64,000 nt of DNA from Azolla caroliniana (lineage: Eukaryota; Plantae; Polypodiophyta): NCBI GenBank assembly GCA_043228905.1, contig JBHGNT010000018.1, positions 930,001 to 994,000 of the forward strand, read 5' to 3'. This document shows positions 33,501-46,306 of this stretch, piece by piece. The notes beneath the pieces were generated by a model. That model did no database searches. It was given only the letters and a program-made list of their open reading frames with translations, and was not told the origin of the DNA. Position 1 is the stretch's first letter. The number at the start of each line of letters is the position of its first letter. Made by a program: the position numbers and the translations under genes.

Positions 33501-36500
33501 ATGCCTACAACAAATGATGTCGTCTCACGACCAACATTTGAAGTGATATTTTTCGGTAAGCAGATTTCTGTAAACATTATTAGAAAAGCATTAAGCACAC
33601 TAAAAAAGAATAAATGATGTTGTCTCATGACCAACATTTGAAGTGATATTTTTCAGTAAGTAGATTTGTGTAAACATTATTTAGAAAAGCATTAAGCACA
33701 CTAAAAAAGAACAAGTTTTTACCAACCATGTAAATTTCTGCTTGTCTTGAAGACTATCTAATTAGAGCCTTATTGTGGAAGGACATTTATTTTTCATATT
33801 CCATGGGGATAATCTCCATTTTTACGTCATGAAAGTTGATATGAGATGTTCTAGAGAATTCCTAAAGGAGTCCAACGAATCAATCTATCAACTTAGTGAA
33901 GAAAAACATATGCCTTTCAAGTTTTGGAGGGTTTCTTGGGTGTGATATGAATCAAAACGGTCAATAGATGGATGCCCCCATCCTTGCCCATAAAACCACG
34001 TACACGCACACGCACACGCACACACCACCTCTTGTCCTCTCTTGGTAACTATAAACTACCACGCTCACCATTATACCCTAAACATTACTTATTTATTTGC
34101 TTTTGAATAAGCTACATAAACCATATTGAAGAGCCCATATAAATAATTGGACGCCCCCACTAATTTACTCTTCAATATGTTTATGTTGTAGTCGTTCCAC
34201 TCTATTTATTGCTAGTAAAACTATGTTAAAGTAAAAGTAGCTTGTTTGCTTTAATGAATTGATCAAGCTTGCATGTATATTTCACATAAATCTACAGCCT
34301 TAATATCTACCTTTAGAGTTCTATACCATCTCCCCCCCCCCCCCCCAAAAAAAAAAAAACTACATTCCCATTAGTTAGGAGATTTTTACATAAAGAATAT
34401 ACAAGAATCAGGAATCAACCTCTGCCCGAGTTTAAGAATATGAGACTGTGTACATTTAATGTAAGAAGGTATCTAGCGTTATAACGTAGTGGCGGTGGCG
34501 TTCAACGAAGGGAAGGTGGGAGGAGAGTAGGAAACAACTAGTGTGAGGGCTGGTAGTTCCACCTCGGGTCATTTCCTCCTTGTGTCACCATCGGCGTGTT
34601 CCTCCATTTCAGCTAAAAGCGGAAGTGGGTAGTGACCACGTCGTCGGAGTAGCTGCAAACCTCGTCCAACTGCCCTCGTAGGTAGCTGATAATCGTGAAC
34701 CCAAATATCCATGATCAAGCTTTATACCATCTTGTTAATAGTGTTGTTTTGTTTAGGGTTTAGGGTAATGGCTATATTTCTAAAGGTTTTCTCACTAAAA
34801 CTACATTTATTGTTCTAGTTAGCATAGCTTGAAGTTAATGTTGAATAGTGTTAACCAATTTGAAGCTAATGCTGACTATTAACTTATTGAATTACATGAT
34901 TATGTAATAGACCTAGATGATACCTTGTATCCTCCAAGCAATGGCCTTATGCGAGCATGTGTGGATCACATAAGAGGTTGGTTTGATCTTAATTAGTCTA
35001 TAAATGTATTATTCATCGGCATACAAATATTTCAAATTTGTTCGATCAACATATTCTCATCCTCATTGCACACATGTATGATTCGCTATACTACTAGAGC
35101 ATTATATATGCATCAAGAAACCGCCTCATTGCTCATAAATGATCGACGTCTAATAACATGTACTATACCTTTTGTATAAATTGTAGAGAACAAAACACAA
35201 AAGTACCTCTAACATTTGGCATATTTATGAGGACACTTATAACTTCAAACTTTTACCATAATGCTTATCTATATGCAGTATTTTGTAGGCATACCCTATT
35301 CAGAAAACTCAAGAATATGAAACATGTTAGGGGTATTTTGTGTTTTTTTTCGTAAATGTAGTGTGTATATTTGTGTATTCATGATGGTTTGTTTTTGGAA
35401 CCTAGAATATCTTGTCCAAAATCTAGGATTCAAGCTTCCCCAAGCTGCAAAGTTTAGTGCTGACCTATATGCAACCTATGGCTCTACTTTGGCTGGCCTT
35501 GTGGTAAGAATCAAGATTGTCCAAAGGACCATGTTGGAATATATAAATGTCTACCCTTATATTCTCAACCTTTAAGCTACTTTAACAACTAAAATCAATT
35601 TGATATTCAAAACATTTAAAGATTTTAGTTTGGGAATTCTTTCAGGCTAAAGGATACAAGTGTGACTATATTGAATACAACAGGTTTGAATTAGATCCTT
35701 TACAGTTACGTGATAAAAACAATCTTTTGAACATTGTTGTTTAGATTTGGTTTAATCGCGTCCCTATTTGTTAGATTTATCCATGGAAATTTGCCTTATG
35801 AGGTGCTACAGCCTGACCCAACTCTAAGAACCTTGCTTTTGAGCATGCCACAAAGAAGGATAGTGAGTGGGCATAAATAAATATTGGAAATGATCCATAC
35901 GGATGGAGAATAAGTTGGGCATAATTAGTCATCTTCATTTCACACTCTTGAGAGTAGATTTGTTATTTAGGTATTTACAAATGGAGATAAAGATCATGCT
36001 CACACGGCATTGACAAATATGGGAATTAAGGATTGCTTTGAAGAAGTGATATGCTTTGAAACCCTTAACTCTTTGACAAACAACTTCAACAATTCAAAGC
36101 CAATAGTTTGCAAACCCTCAATGGAGGCATTCAAACGTGCAATCGAAATTGCAAAGGTCGATGCGGACAAAATAGTATGTATTTGCAAAGGCCTTCAAAC
36201 CATTGAGTTCCACATACTAACACATACAAAGAATTAACCAAATGCATGCTTTGCTTATTTGAGAACAATCATATATAATTGGTAATTGATAATGGTCATT
36301 TCATAAATAACATAGTAACGTTACTGCACTCCAATGTTTCATGATAACTTTCTTGTTTTTGCATCAAATTGATCCTAATTGTTTCGACTTCTTTCATTCA
36401 TAGCTTTTTCTCGATGACAATTTGCACAATATTAAGACTGCAAAAGCTGCCCGCATGTGGACTTGTGTGGTATTGTTATCTTAAACTAAATTTTGCTTTA

Positions 36501-36762
36501 AAAGTTTGGACAGTTGTAGTTATGCCAAGATATATATATTTACTTATGTTTGGAATCATGTTTAATAAAGGTTGGAACAAAGGAAAAAGTGGAAGGGGCT
36601 GATTATGCTATAGAGAAGATCCAGGATGTCAAGCAAGCAATACCGGAAATATGGGATACAAGGAAAACTCTATCCATATATGCCATCATTAGAATGATTT
36701 GCACATTTATCATTGCCAAATTCCAATCTATCTTCGGCTCTCCAAGAAGAATGTCTTTCTAA
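33501..36762 (+). CDS. HAD-like hydrolase (SDT1/pyrimidine 5'-nucleotidase-like, 'ripening-related' family)
   Basis: Exons 33501-33555, 34911-34976, 35406-35503, 35646-35683, 35775-35862, 35971-36174, 36404-36469 and 36571-36762 are in frame. Motifs: FDLDDTLYP (I), YGSTLAGL, VFTNGD (II), CKPS (III), FLDD (IV), IPEIW. The exact C-terminus is less certain. Confidence 0.88.
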
Positions 36763-37168
36763 AACTAGCAGCATATTGATGATTTATCTATGTATATAAT
36801 AATAAAAAAACTGTCAGCAGTTGTTGAATATTTCTTATAATTTGTTAGTAGTTACTGCAAACATACTGCAGGAGCGTTTTAAAGGACCTCGGTCTGCCTC
36901 CTTTGAGCAGCAAAAGAGGGTTCCTTACACATATGTTATGTGTGTGTGAAAAGAGAGAGATATTGATTTATTTGTTAAATTAGGTCTTTGTCCAGACATA
37001 CAGACAATCAAATGGGACCGTCCATTAAGATTCATATCCTTGGGACACTCAATCGGTGGTGTCAAGGCCTTTCACATCATCATTTAGTCTTAATGCTTGG
37101 TGACACTCTTTTCATATAAGCAAGGCCTACATGCACCTTACTTGCTGTTTTTTTTGGTTCTTTGATCT

Positions 37169-40100
37169 TTACACATTGATGCTGTTGATGATGCATTCAA
37201 GGAAGCTCTTCATTACTGATACTGCTTCTTTATCTAGAAAGCACAAAACAGCAAAACATGTTGATAAGCTACTCTGACCTATACATAGCACTTAAAATTT
37301 AGAAGTTTTAAGGGTATTGATATCTGTTTTATCAATCAATCTAGCAAAACATGTTGATAAGCTACTCTGACCTATACATAGCACTTAAACTTTAGAAGTT
37401 TCAAGGTATTGATATCTGTTTTATCAATCAATCTATCAATCTACGTATCTTTCAATCAATCCATCCATCCATCAACATCTATCTATCAATCCATCCATCT
37501 ATACCTATCTAATATATGCATGTGTGTATCTTATGGAACATAATGTCTCATTAAGGTTACCGAGCTTTGGTACAGTATGCTTTGCCCCATGGCGTATCAC
37601 TATGGGGTCTTTGAAAGCCAGCACAAGCTTTTCATTGGCAGGTTTCAAAAAGTCGTTTTCACCTGGAATTCACATTGTCTTCCAATCAATTCATTATAAG
37701 CTTCCCATTTACCTATTTCATAAAAAAAAAATCCATTTTGCTTTAGCTCAAAACCACAAAATCACTCAATCCATCACTTTCACCTATTAAATGCACAGAC
37801 GGGCAGTTGATAGGTTCAGAATAGCAATCTTTCCATTGATGGTCACCAATAAGCATTCCGCCAGAGATAATAATAACGCAACGCAATGGTGGAAGGGATG
37901 TGAGTGCTAGACCCTGAATGAAACACCCATAATAACCATAGCAAAAAAGAAGTTAGGAAAAAAAACATTGATGTATGCAGATGAGAAACAATTTCTCATA
38001 TACTTTTACCTGTTGCTGCATACCTGCAAGCGCCGCTGAGAGAAACGCACCCTACAAAAAATTACATAGATAGATAGAAAATGAGAAAAATAAATAAAGA
38101 AAGAAAGATCAACATCTTTGAAAGAGGCTGAAATGGCCTACGAGACCCAAACGAGAATTACATATTAATCTTTTGTGAGTAGTAACTTCAACATTCAACA
38201 TTATAATTTTCTGCTGTACATATTAAGAAGAAGTGTTGCATGCATGTGTTACCATATCGATGTTTACAGTAGACAAATTACATTAGATTAGAATGTATGG
38301 CTGTGAGATTGAGATATAGCGTGTGAGCGATCAGGAAGATCAAGCTCCTCAACAGAGGTGCGTGATTGTAATTAACATATACATAATCATATCAATCAAT
38401 ACAACTTACCTATCAACATCTTTGATTGGTTGAGAAGTGTGATTGTAATAAACATATACATAATAATATCAATCAATACAACTTACCTATCAACATCTCT
38501 GTTTTGCTGAGGAGCATGATTGTAATCAACATATACTAATCATATCAATCAATACAACTTACCTATCAACATCTTTGATTGGTTGAGAAACGTGATTGTA
38601 ATAAACATATACATAATCATATCAATCAATACAACTTACCTATCAACATCTCTGTTTTGCTGAGGAGCATGATTGTAATCAACATATACATAATCATATC
38701 AATCAATACAACTTACCTATCAACATCTTTGATTTGTTGAGCATGATTGTAATCAACATATACATAACCATATATCAATCAATACAACTTACCTATCAAC
38801 ATCTTTGATTATTGTAAAGCTTTATTTTTACCTGATTGGAACTTTTGTTAGTAGCATAAACATGAGAAATTTACCTGAGAAAATCCGAGTAGTCCATCGA
38901 AAGGGCCATAAGTTTCCATGTAATTGCTTATGAAATCTATGCATTTGTCCAGATCCTTGAATGTGTTAACGTCTCCATTCTACAAGCGGAGAAGGAAAAA
39001 GAAGGACGTCTTACAAAGCACAAGTTGAATTATTGAAGAATGATGACTCTAGGGGATTGACAAAGCCTACCCTTTCACATTGAAACCACTCATAATAAGG
39101 TGGGTCAAAGAAACCTTCAACGCTGGATTTTCCACGAGCATCAAATGGAGCATTTGGAAAGACCTGCAAACATTCATTTCTCCTCCTCATAAAAACCCTA
39201 AATTTGAGTGAGTGAGTATGTATGAAAGGGAGCTGTTGCAATGAGAAATTCAAATCTGAACCTATACAACACATATACTTATCAAGCCACATATTAGAAC
39301 CCGAAATCTAATCAGACTAGATATAATGTTTATTTATCATCAAAGTTTGTAATGCAGATAAATTTAAACACATGCAAACATCACCCCCTCTCTATGATAT
39401 AACTCTTATTGAGGGATAAAAGAAGATACATGGAAGTCTTTTAAGAGGCCAAAGTGATCTATGAGACCAAATGGGAGATTACATCTTAAAATGATGAAGG
39501 GAGACTGAATATTACCCATCTATGGAATGGGAATCTGGGATTGAGCCCGTTATAAGGGTCAAACTCGGTTCTCTCAATTTTATGACAAGTTTGCTGTTAC
39601 AGTCCAAACCACATTGATTTGAATTTATTGCAAATATATATTTATCATCAAACCAGAATAATACCGATTCAATCAAGCATTTGATTAGTTTGGGCTAAGG
39701 CTGAATGTTAAAATATCGAAAATGATGAATGACTTTGGATTGTTGACGCTACTTTAAAAAACTATTTGTTAGACATGATCCTCAACCTAAAAAAAATCAA
39801 TCAAAAAACTCTCTAAAAATCTAAAACTAATCAAACCACAACATCAAAGAAACTTGAATACCAAATGAAAATCTAACCAAAAACCTCATTTGTCCACTTA
39901 AAGATAGCTTCAATCTAAACCCTGAATCAAACAAATCCTATGTACTCTCAATCCAAACCTAAATAAAAAAATCATAGATATAGAAGGAAGCACTCCAAAG
40001 TAACGCTGGTTTTTTCTTTGATTTCATCAAAAGGGTGTGAAATGAATTAAATATTTAATTAACTAATTTAAGTATATATGAAAGAGGACATGCATGGGCC

Positions 40101-40262
40101 ACCGCATACCAGGTCATGAGACTGAAGAAGGGAGGAATCCCATTTGGAGAGCTGGGCTTGTAAAATGCTCCCACTGGTCCTGGATCCATGGAGGCACAGG
40201 ATTCGGAGCTTGCTGTGGTGTTGATGCAGAGAGGGAGGAAGAGGAGAAGAGGAAAGATTCAT
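37169..40262 (-). CDS. Serine hydrolase FSH1/OVCA2-like esterase (alpha/beta hydrolase)
   Basis: Exons 40262-40110, 39163-39071, 38979-38875, 38051-38010, 37913-37784, 37662-37561 and 37233-37169 are in frame. Motifs: RILCLHGSRTS, PPYYEWFQ, GPFDGLLGFSQG (nucleophile Ser), GENDFL (Asp), KHTVP (His). Confidence 0.92.
37250..37433. repeat. ~92-bp tandem duplication in FSH intron 6
   Basis: agcaaaacatgttgataagctactctgacctatacatagcacttaaa...atcaatcaatcta occurs twice. Confidence 0.9.
38360..38812. repeat. ~77-bp minisatellite, 6 copies, in FSH intron 3
   Basis: acaacttacctatcaacatc occurs at 38401, 38478, 38554, 38631, 38708 and 38784. Confidence 0.95.
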
Positions 40263-41276
40263 GGCTACAGCTTCTTTCTTCTTTCTTCTTTCTTCTTCTT
40301 CCTATTGAGATTTATCACTATGATGAGATGTGGTGCTTTTTTATGTTTTGCTTTTCTTATGGGGTGTGCGTGTTGCTCGTGTATGAGGTCTAGCGATCGA
40401 ATCGCAGGGGCACGGACGGTGCACGGTCCGTAGCCGAGGCCCCATGCGATCTGCACCGTCCGATCTACATAATAAGAAAAAGTGCGGGCTCAAAAAAAAA
40501 GCTAACAGCCCATTGTCACCTCATGGTGACAAGCCCCCGACTCAAAATCTTTTGACATCATAAACTTCACAAAAAACTTAAAAAGCTATATGTAAAAGTA
40601 ATAAATTGAAAGTGAATGGTCTAGCGATTGAAGTTATTCTTTGGATTTGATAGGTGTTAGAGTCCGAATCCTCTGTCGCATGGCAAGAAGAGGGAAGGCT
40701 CATTTTGCTTGTTGCTCTATTTTTGGGGTCTTTTTGGTTTCCTTCTTCGACTTCCGACTTCTTTCTGTTTTAGGGTTTCCACACTTGATTTTAGGGTATG
40801 TAGTCACTTTACACTTCATTTTTACATTTAAGGGCCCCCAATAGTGGTATTGGATTCAACACCTTAATGATTAAATGTGGTCATGGTGTCGTAATAGTCT
40901 AAAAGATATATCTTTTATATATCATGGTGTGTAGTGTGCATCATCCCGTGGAATGGTATCATAGATAATCCAAATTATTCCTTAGGCAAAATGGCATTGA
41001 ATATGTGAAGTACACTCTCAAGATTTGCTAATTACGTAGGTAATATCGAGCAGGCTTTTACTCTTGTGCACTACTGGGTATTAAATCACGTGTGTAACAA
41101 AATTTTTGGCCTCAAACGCAAGCCACAATTTGGTTACATTTTTATTAAGGTGGCAAATCTTCCATGTATTTAGAATTGGTCTTTTGGAGAAATAATTAGC
41201 AAAATGTTGTCCTCTTAACACCCTCTTTCTTGTATGCGATTACTTCTCATCCTCTCCTTGCTTTATACTTGCAAGG

Positions 41277-41391
41277 TATAAATTTATTATCATCAAACAC
41301 TTAACCATATGTTGCATAAATTTATTATCATTAAACACTTAACCATATGTTGTATAAATTTGTTATCATCAAACACTTAACCATATGTTGT
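41277..41391. repeat. ~39-bp tandem repeat, 3 copies
   Basis: ataaattt(a/g)ttatcat(c/t)aaacacttaaccatatgttg occurs three times. Confidence 0.85.
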
Positions 41392-41579
41392 TGATTGTAC
41401 TGTTGTGCCCTAGTATATAACTAAACATTTGCAAACTTTGATTGATGCAACTGAACTTTTTGCTAAATAGTTGTCATATTGAACGTTTGTTTTTTTGTAA
41501 CTCTTAAGATGCTTCTTTTCATAATTCACTGATGGCATTCCAAACAAGATTGTTCTCCATCTTAGATATCCTCTAATGT

Positions 41580-41891
41580 GCAACATTCGTGCCAAAGATC
41601 AATCAAGTTGAGAACTTGAAATTTAAGATGAAAAGCTTATGTATTGGGAATTTGTAAAGACTGTGGCCTATGCATGGATTGCTGCTACAATAGCGCAATC
41701 AAATTTACCCTATGATCCTTCTAATCGGCATCGAAGCAACATTCGTGCCAAAGATCAAGCAAGTTGAGAACTTGAAATTTTAGATGAAAAGCTTATGTAT
41801 TGGAAATTTGTAAAGATTGTGGCCTATGCATGGATTGCTACTACGATAGAGCAATCAAATTTACCCTATGATCCTTCTAATCAGCATCGAG
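41580..41891. repeat. ~157-bp tandem duplication
   Basis: caacattcgtgccaaagatcaa...atccttctaatc.gcatcga occurs at ~41581 and ~41737. Confidence 0.9.
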
Positions 41892-43207
41892 CCCTTACCA
41901 ACACTTTTGTTCAAGTAAAGTTAGTTGTTACCATTTTGGGATATGTTTGATTGTCAATTTAATATGCTAACTAACTCTCATGTTCCCTAAGTGAAGTTAA
42001 CTCTCATAATTCAAGGGCTTTTTCTTGGTTCTTTGACATTACACCATGGATATAATCTATCTATGGATCATCATCAGCCAACACAAGAAGAAACATGACA
42101 CAATAACACATTCACAAAATTTCCAAACTTAGCAGGAAACATTGGACATCACTTTGGAATTTCCAAGATTAAATAGACATAGCAAACAACTACAGTTAAA
42201 TTAAAGAGTGCCCGAGAAACTATATATAACATTTCAAAATTTCCACATGAAAGATCCCATATTAGCATGTAAAATAAATTCCCATGTACATACAAATTTA
42301 CAATCTCTCTGGAGTACTAGTATATCAATACTGTGTTGTTCTCTCCACTACCAGAAGAGCAATTATACTGGCGTGAGTGATTGGAAAACAATGAATCCGA
42401 GGCAAAACGTACAAAAAAGTTCAGATATCAAGAGGGGAAGTAATCCAATCCAATCCAATCCACTTAAATTTGCTTTTAAAACAAACTGAATGATGATTCT
42501 AATGAAAAATTTACTCAATGTGCCACATAATCTATACTTGCAAAATTATGTATTGATATATAATAATACATTATTGATTTAACTGAACCAGTTGACGAGG
42601 ATAAGAATCACACTTAGAAACATACCCTTCGGTATACATATATATGTACATATATGCATCAACAATAAGTTACATACATGCGGTTTGCATTGGTGGGAAC
42701 AAATGGGGATGATTAATACATTGTGAATCATGCATATCATATGGCTGGTTCTAGGGACAACAACAAAATGATGACGGAGTTAGTATGTCGAGTTGTGGCT
42801 AAAGGTTGGGGCTCCAAGAGAGTTCAAAGCAAAATCAATGTTTTTAACATTCACAAGAGATCAATCAATTGTTGTGAGACAGTGTGTCAACGAGAAATCA
42901 ATCTTTTGAACATTCACGATACAATTGCAATCTATGACATTATGACATAGCCCATATGACTTTTATGCTATAGTCTCACAAAATTAGACCACACATCCAA
43001 ATTTTTGCTAAGATGGATGTGTTACCCATAGGAGTGTACGGGGCGGTCTAAGGGTGGAACACGATGATGTGGTTTATGTGTATGTGTATTAACACGTGCA
43101 CATTTATGTGCATGTGTAACGGTCATATTATGTAACCGTTTTATTTTGATGTATTATATAAACCCCTTATGGGGTATGCAATGATATACATTTTTCCCTC
43201 TCACATT

Positions 43208-43208
43208 T

Positions 43209-43256
<48 letters not shown>
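43208..43256. repeat. Compound (CT)n(CA)n microsatellite
   Basis: Read directly from the sequence. Confidence 0.95.
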
Positions 43257-43258
<2 letters not shown>

Positions 43259-43316
43259 AACCCCCTTGGGAGAGGGGTGGAGCCGTTCATGGCTTCACCC
43301 CCCCCACTCAGTAATA

Positions 43317-43480
43317 GGATGTCGCTCAGTTGGTAAGGTCGCCCAATGGAGACTCGAAGTCATGGATCAACCCCTACATTCCACAATGGCATCTAATAAA
43401 TTAAGAGGATATGTATGGAGCAATAGAGAGGTGAGAAATTTGGGTCTTAGAACCCAAGACCTCGAGCTACTAGTTTAATA
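43317..43480 (+). mobile_element. tRNA-derived SINE-like element
   Basis: ggatgTCGCTCAGTTGGtaag (A-box-like), then catGGATCAACCCctacattccac (B-box-like), then a non-tRNA tail shared with the other copies. Confidence 0.6.
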
Positions 43481-43540
43481 ACTTACCGTTGGGTAAGGTA
43501 ATTATGATAAAACAAGATACGAGATAGAGAGAACCTAAAT

Positions 43541-43670
43541 GGATATAGCTCAATTGGTAACGTTGCCCAATGGAGACTAGAAGGTCATGGGTTTCCCCCA
43601 CATTCCATTGTGGCATCTAGTAAATTAAGAGATATGCATGGAGTAATAGAGAGGTGAAGAATTTGGGTGT
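43541..43670 (+). mobile_element. tRNA-derived SINE-like element, second adjacent copy
   Basis: ggataTAGCTCAATTGGtaa...gaaggtcatgggtttcccccacattcc...ggcatctagtaaattaaga...gagaggtga.gaatttggg. Confidence 0.6.
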
Positions 43671-46306
43671 CAAACAATCTTGGGAAGGGGATGCATGTAT
43701 GGGACCAATTTCCCTTGGTGTCCAAATTGCAGATTAATTGCCAAAAGTGTCCCTTCATTTGATGTAGTAAGAGGGACAATTTGGAAAGTCTAGGGTGTCA
43801 ATGATTGGGAAAGGGCTCTACTTTTCGATATTTCGGGATATCCATTGGGCATGAATATTGTTCCAAATGGCCAATTTACTGAATGGATGACTAGTAAATC
43901 ATGGGAATATTGTTAGAAGTCACCAAATCTAGGCAGGCCTAAAACTTTTTGTACAATGTATATGAAACCCATGACATTATATTTATTGTTGTTGCTACCA
44001 TGAACCAATAAAACTTTGCATTTTGTTTTGCAACCTATGTAGCATGATCGATCGTTATAAAAGCTCGATTGTATCGTGACCTCAAACCCTTCTAAATTGA
44101 TTGTAAATTGCTTGAAACATTTCCATCTTTATGCATTAAAAATTCTGTATATGCTAAACAACAAAATTTCTAGCTTGAAAATCTGAGCACTCGGGCAAAA
44201 ATGCAAAATTTGTCTTAATTTTGTAGGAGACGAGAATCAAATTTGTACATCTAAGTGATCGGTTGTCTAGTGGTTTCCATGCGGGACACAACCATGTTTT
44301 CAAATTGAAAATCTGAATCCTACGAAGAAGTTGCAAAGAAATGAAATTTAATGCTAGGATTTTGAGCCCACAATACGAAAGTTTGGGAAATCTGATGCGC
44401 TATTGACCAAATGACGTTCACATTTAGGCAAACAAAATTATGTGAGAGGGAAAAGGGAAATTTTTAAATACAAACCTTTGGGAATTTTAATTAATTAAGG
44501 TTGGATCATCAAGTAAATCCAATTAATCGAAAGTCTATCGCCTTGGTAGCCCGATTATTTGAAAATCGATCATTTTAGGAAATTTGTAAATATATTGCTA
44601 CTTGATATTTATAACAATTTGTTAGGGGCTTCACGTAATTCAATTATCCTAAGGTCCAAAGCTAATCCCTAGTAAATTAATATCTAGCTAATCCATTCTC
44701 ATTCTTAGCATATACATCCTTCACCTAGCATTTGATTTGGGCCATTGTGAAAAACCATTTGTATTAGAAATCCATGTGCCCTTCCCAAGGCTATATAAAG
44801 TGTTTGCTATATTCTATTGTTACCGCTTTTGAGGAACTTTTCTACAACAACTTCTCTATACGTAGCCTAGTTTGTGTCAAATATTGTTGCTTGTTCATGC
44901 AACAAAGTCTCCTAATTGAACTATATCCTCTATACTAGCAAAACTGATGTCATCATAGTCTAATGGTAGATACATATATTGATTTTCAAAAGGTATAAAC
45001 CTAGAGTAGCCAAAGAGCACCAACTTTCTTCAAATTTTAGAGAACCACTTTCTTTGACTTCTTTCCATTCAAAGATCTTTGGGAAACTCAGATACTCTCA
45101 CGTCTACTTATACTTTTCTGGTCTTTGACAGCTTCTCATGTGGGGTAGCAAAAGGGATATTTTTCAAAGCAACTTTACTTTCTCTATTCTTCTAACATGC
45201 TGTCAATCGCATACATGTGGGAACTACTTTATGTTTCTACACTTTTGAGTGATGGTAGGGGTCACTACTTAATTTTCTACTTTATCGAGAGTCGCTAGGG
45301 GTTCACTGCACAACACAGAACTCTCGAGTTTAGCATTTAACTTTCACTTCCACATAGTCGTGCGTGATTTGGTAACATCTATATACCAATTGCCAAATAG
45401 CTTTAAAAATATGGATTTCTCAATGGGAATCCCATTAATCAATGACTTATTTGTAACTTTCACATGTCACGATTTTCTCTATGTGCATGTGGGGGCACAT
45501 ACATGATTTGGGAATGTTTCAACTGAAAATTACAGAAGAATATATGTATTTGACACATGTTTGGCAGAGTATTCATATGATAAGATTAACCAAATTGACA
45601 TAGTAACACAAATAAAGATTAACTCCTTAACCATTGACAATGCCCAGAGATGCAATCAGAATGATTTAGAATACATGGAAATTGATTCAATTCTATTAAG
45701 ATACATTAAGCCACGAGATATAGTAGAAATGATAGCCAAATAAACCAGTGAAATCAATTACAATATTTATAACGTTTTAAACAGGCAATAACATGGCTCT
45801 AATGAAATATCAAAGCAATTGCAAACAATCATAATTGATGACATTCAATTCCCTCGGGTTAAGTCCAATATTTGATGTATACAGATTATTGTTTTTTTTG
45901 ACAGGGGGGAAATCAATGTTAACCCATGGATTAAAAAAATGCTGTGAAATTTGTGATCAAAACCTTGAAATATCAAAAGGAGCTCCAAAAATAAAACCCT
46001 AAACTATCAATAGCAAGTTCAATAAAACCCTGAAAAAGGCCTAAAATATCAGATGGAATTTCAATAAACCATGAACTAAACCAACCACAAGATAAGATAT
46101 GAGATTTCAAGAAAACCCTGAAAAAGAGCTCCAATAAAATCCTGAAAGGAGGGGGGAAATATCATATGAAACTTCAACAACGTGTGGTTAATCAATTGAT
46201 GACTATACATACAACGAGCATGAAAACCCCATGCATGAAAAAGAAACTAATGAAAAACTGATACAATTCATAAAGCCTCTATATAGAAGTGATTAAATTT
46301 TAAGAA

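Noticed and set aside
43317-43620. tRNA genes
   Set aside because: A/B boxes are present, but I could not form a full cloverleaf, and the copies share a long non-tRNA tail, which fits a SINE.
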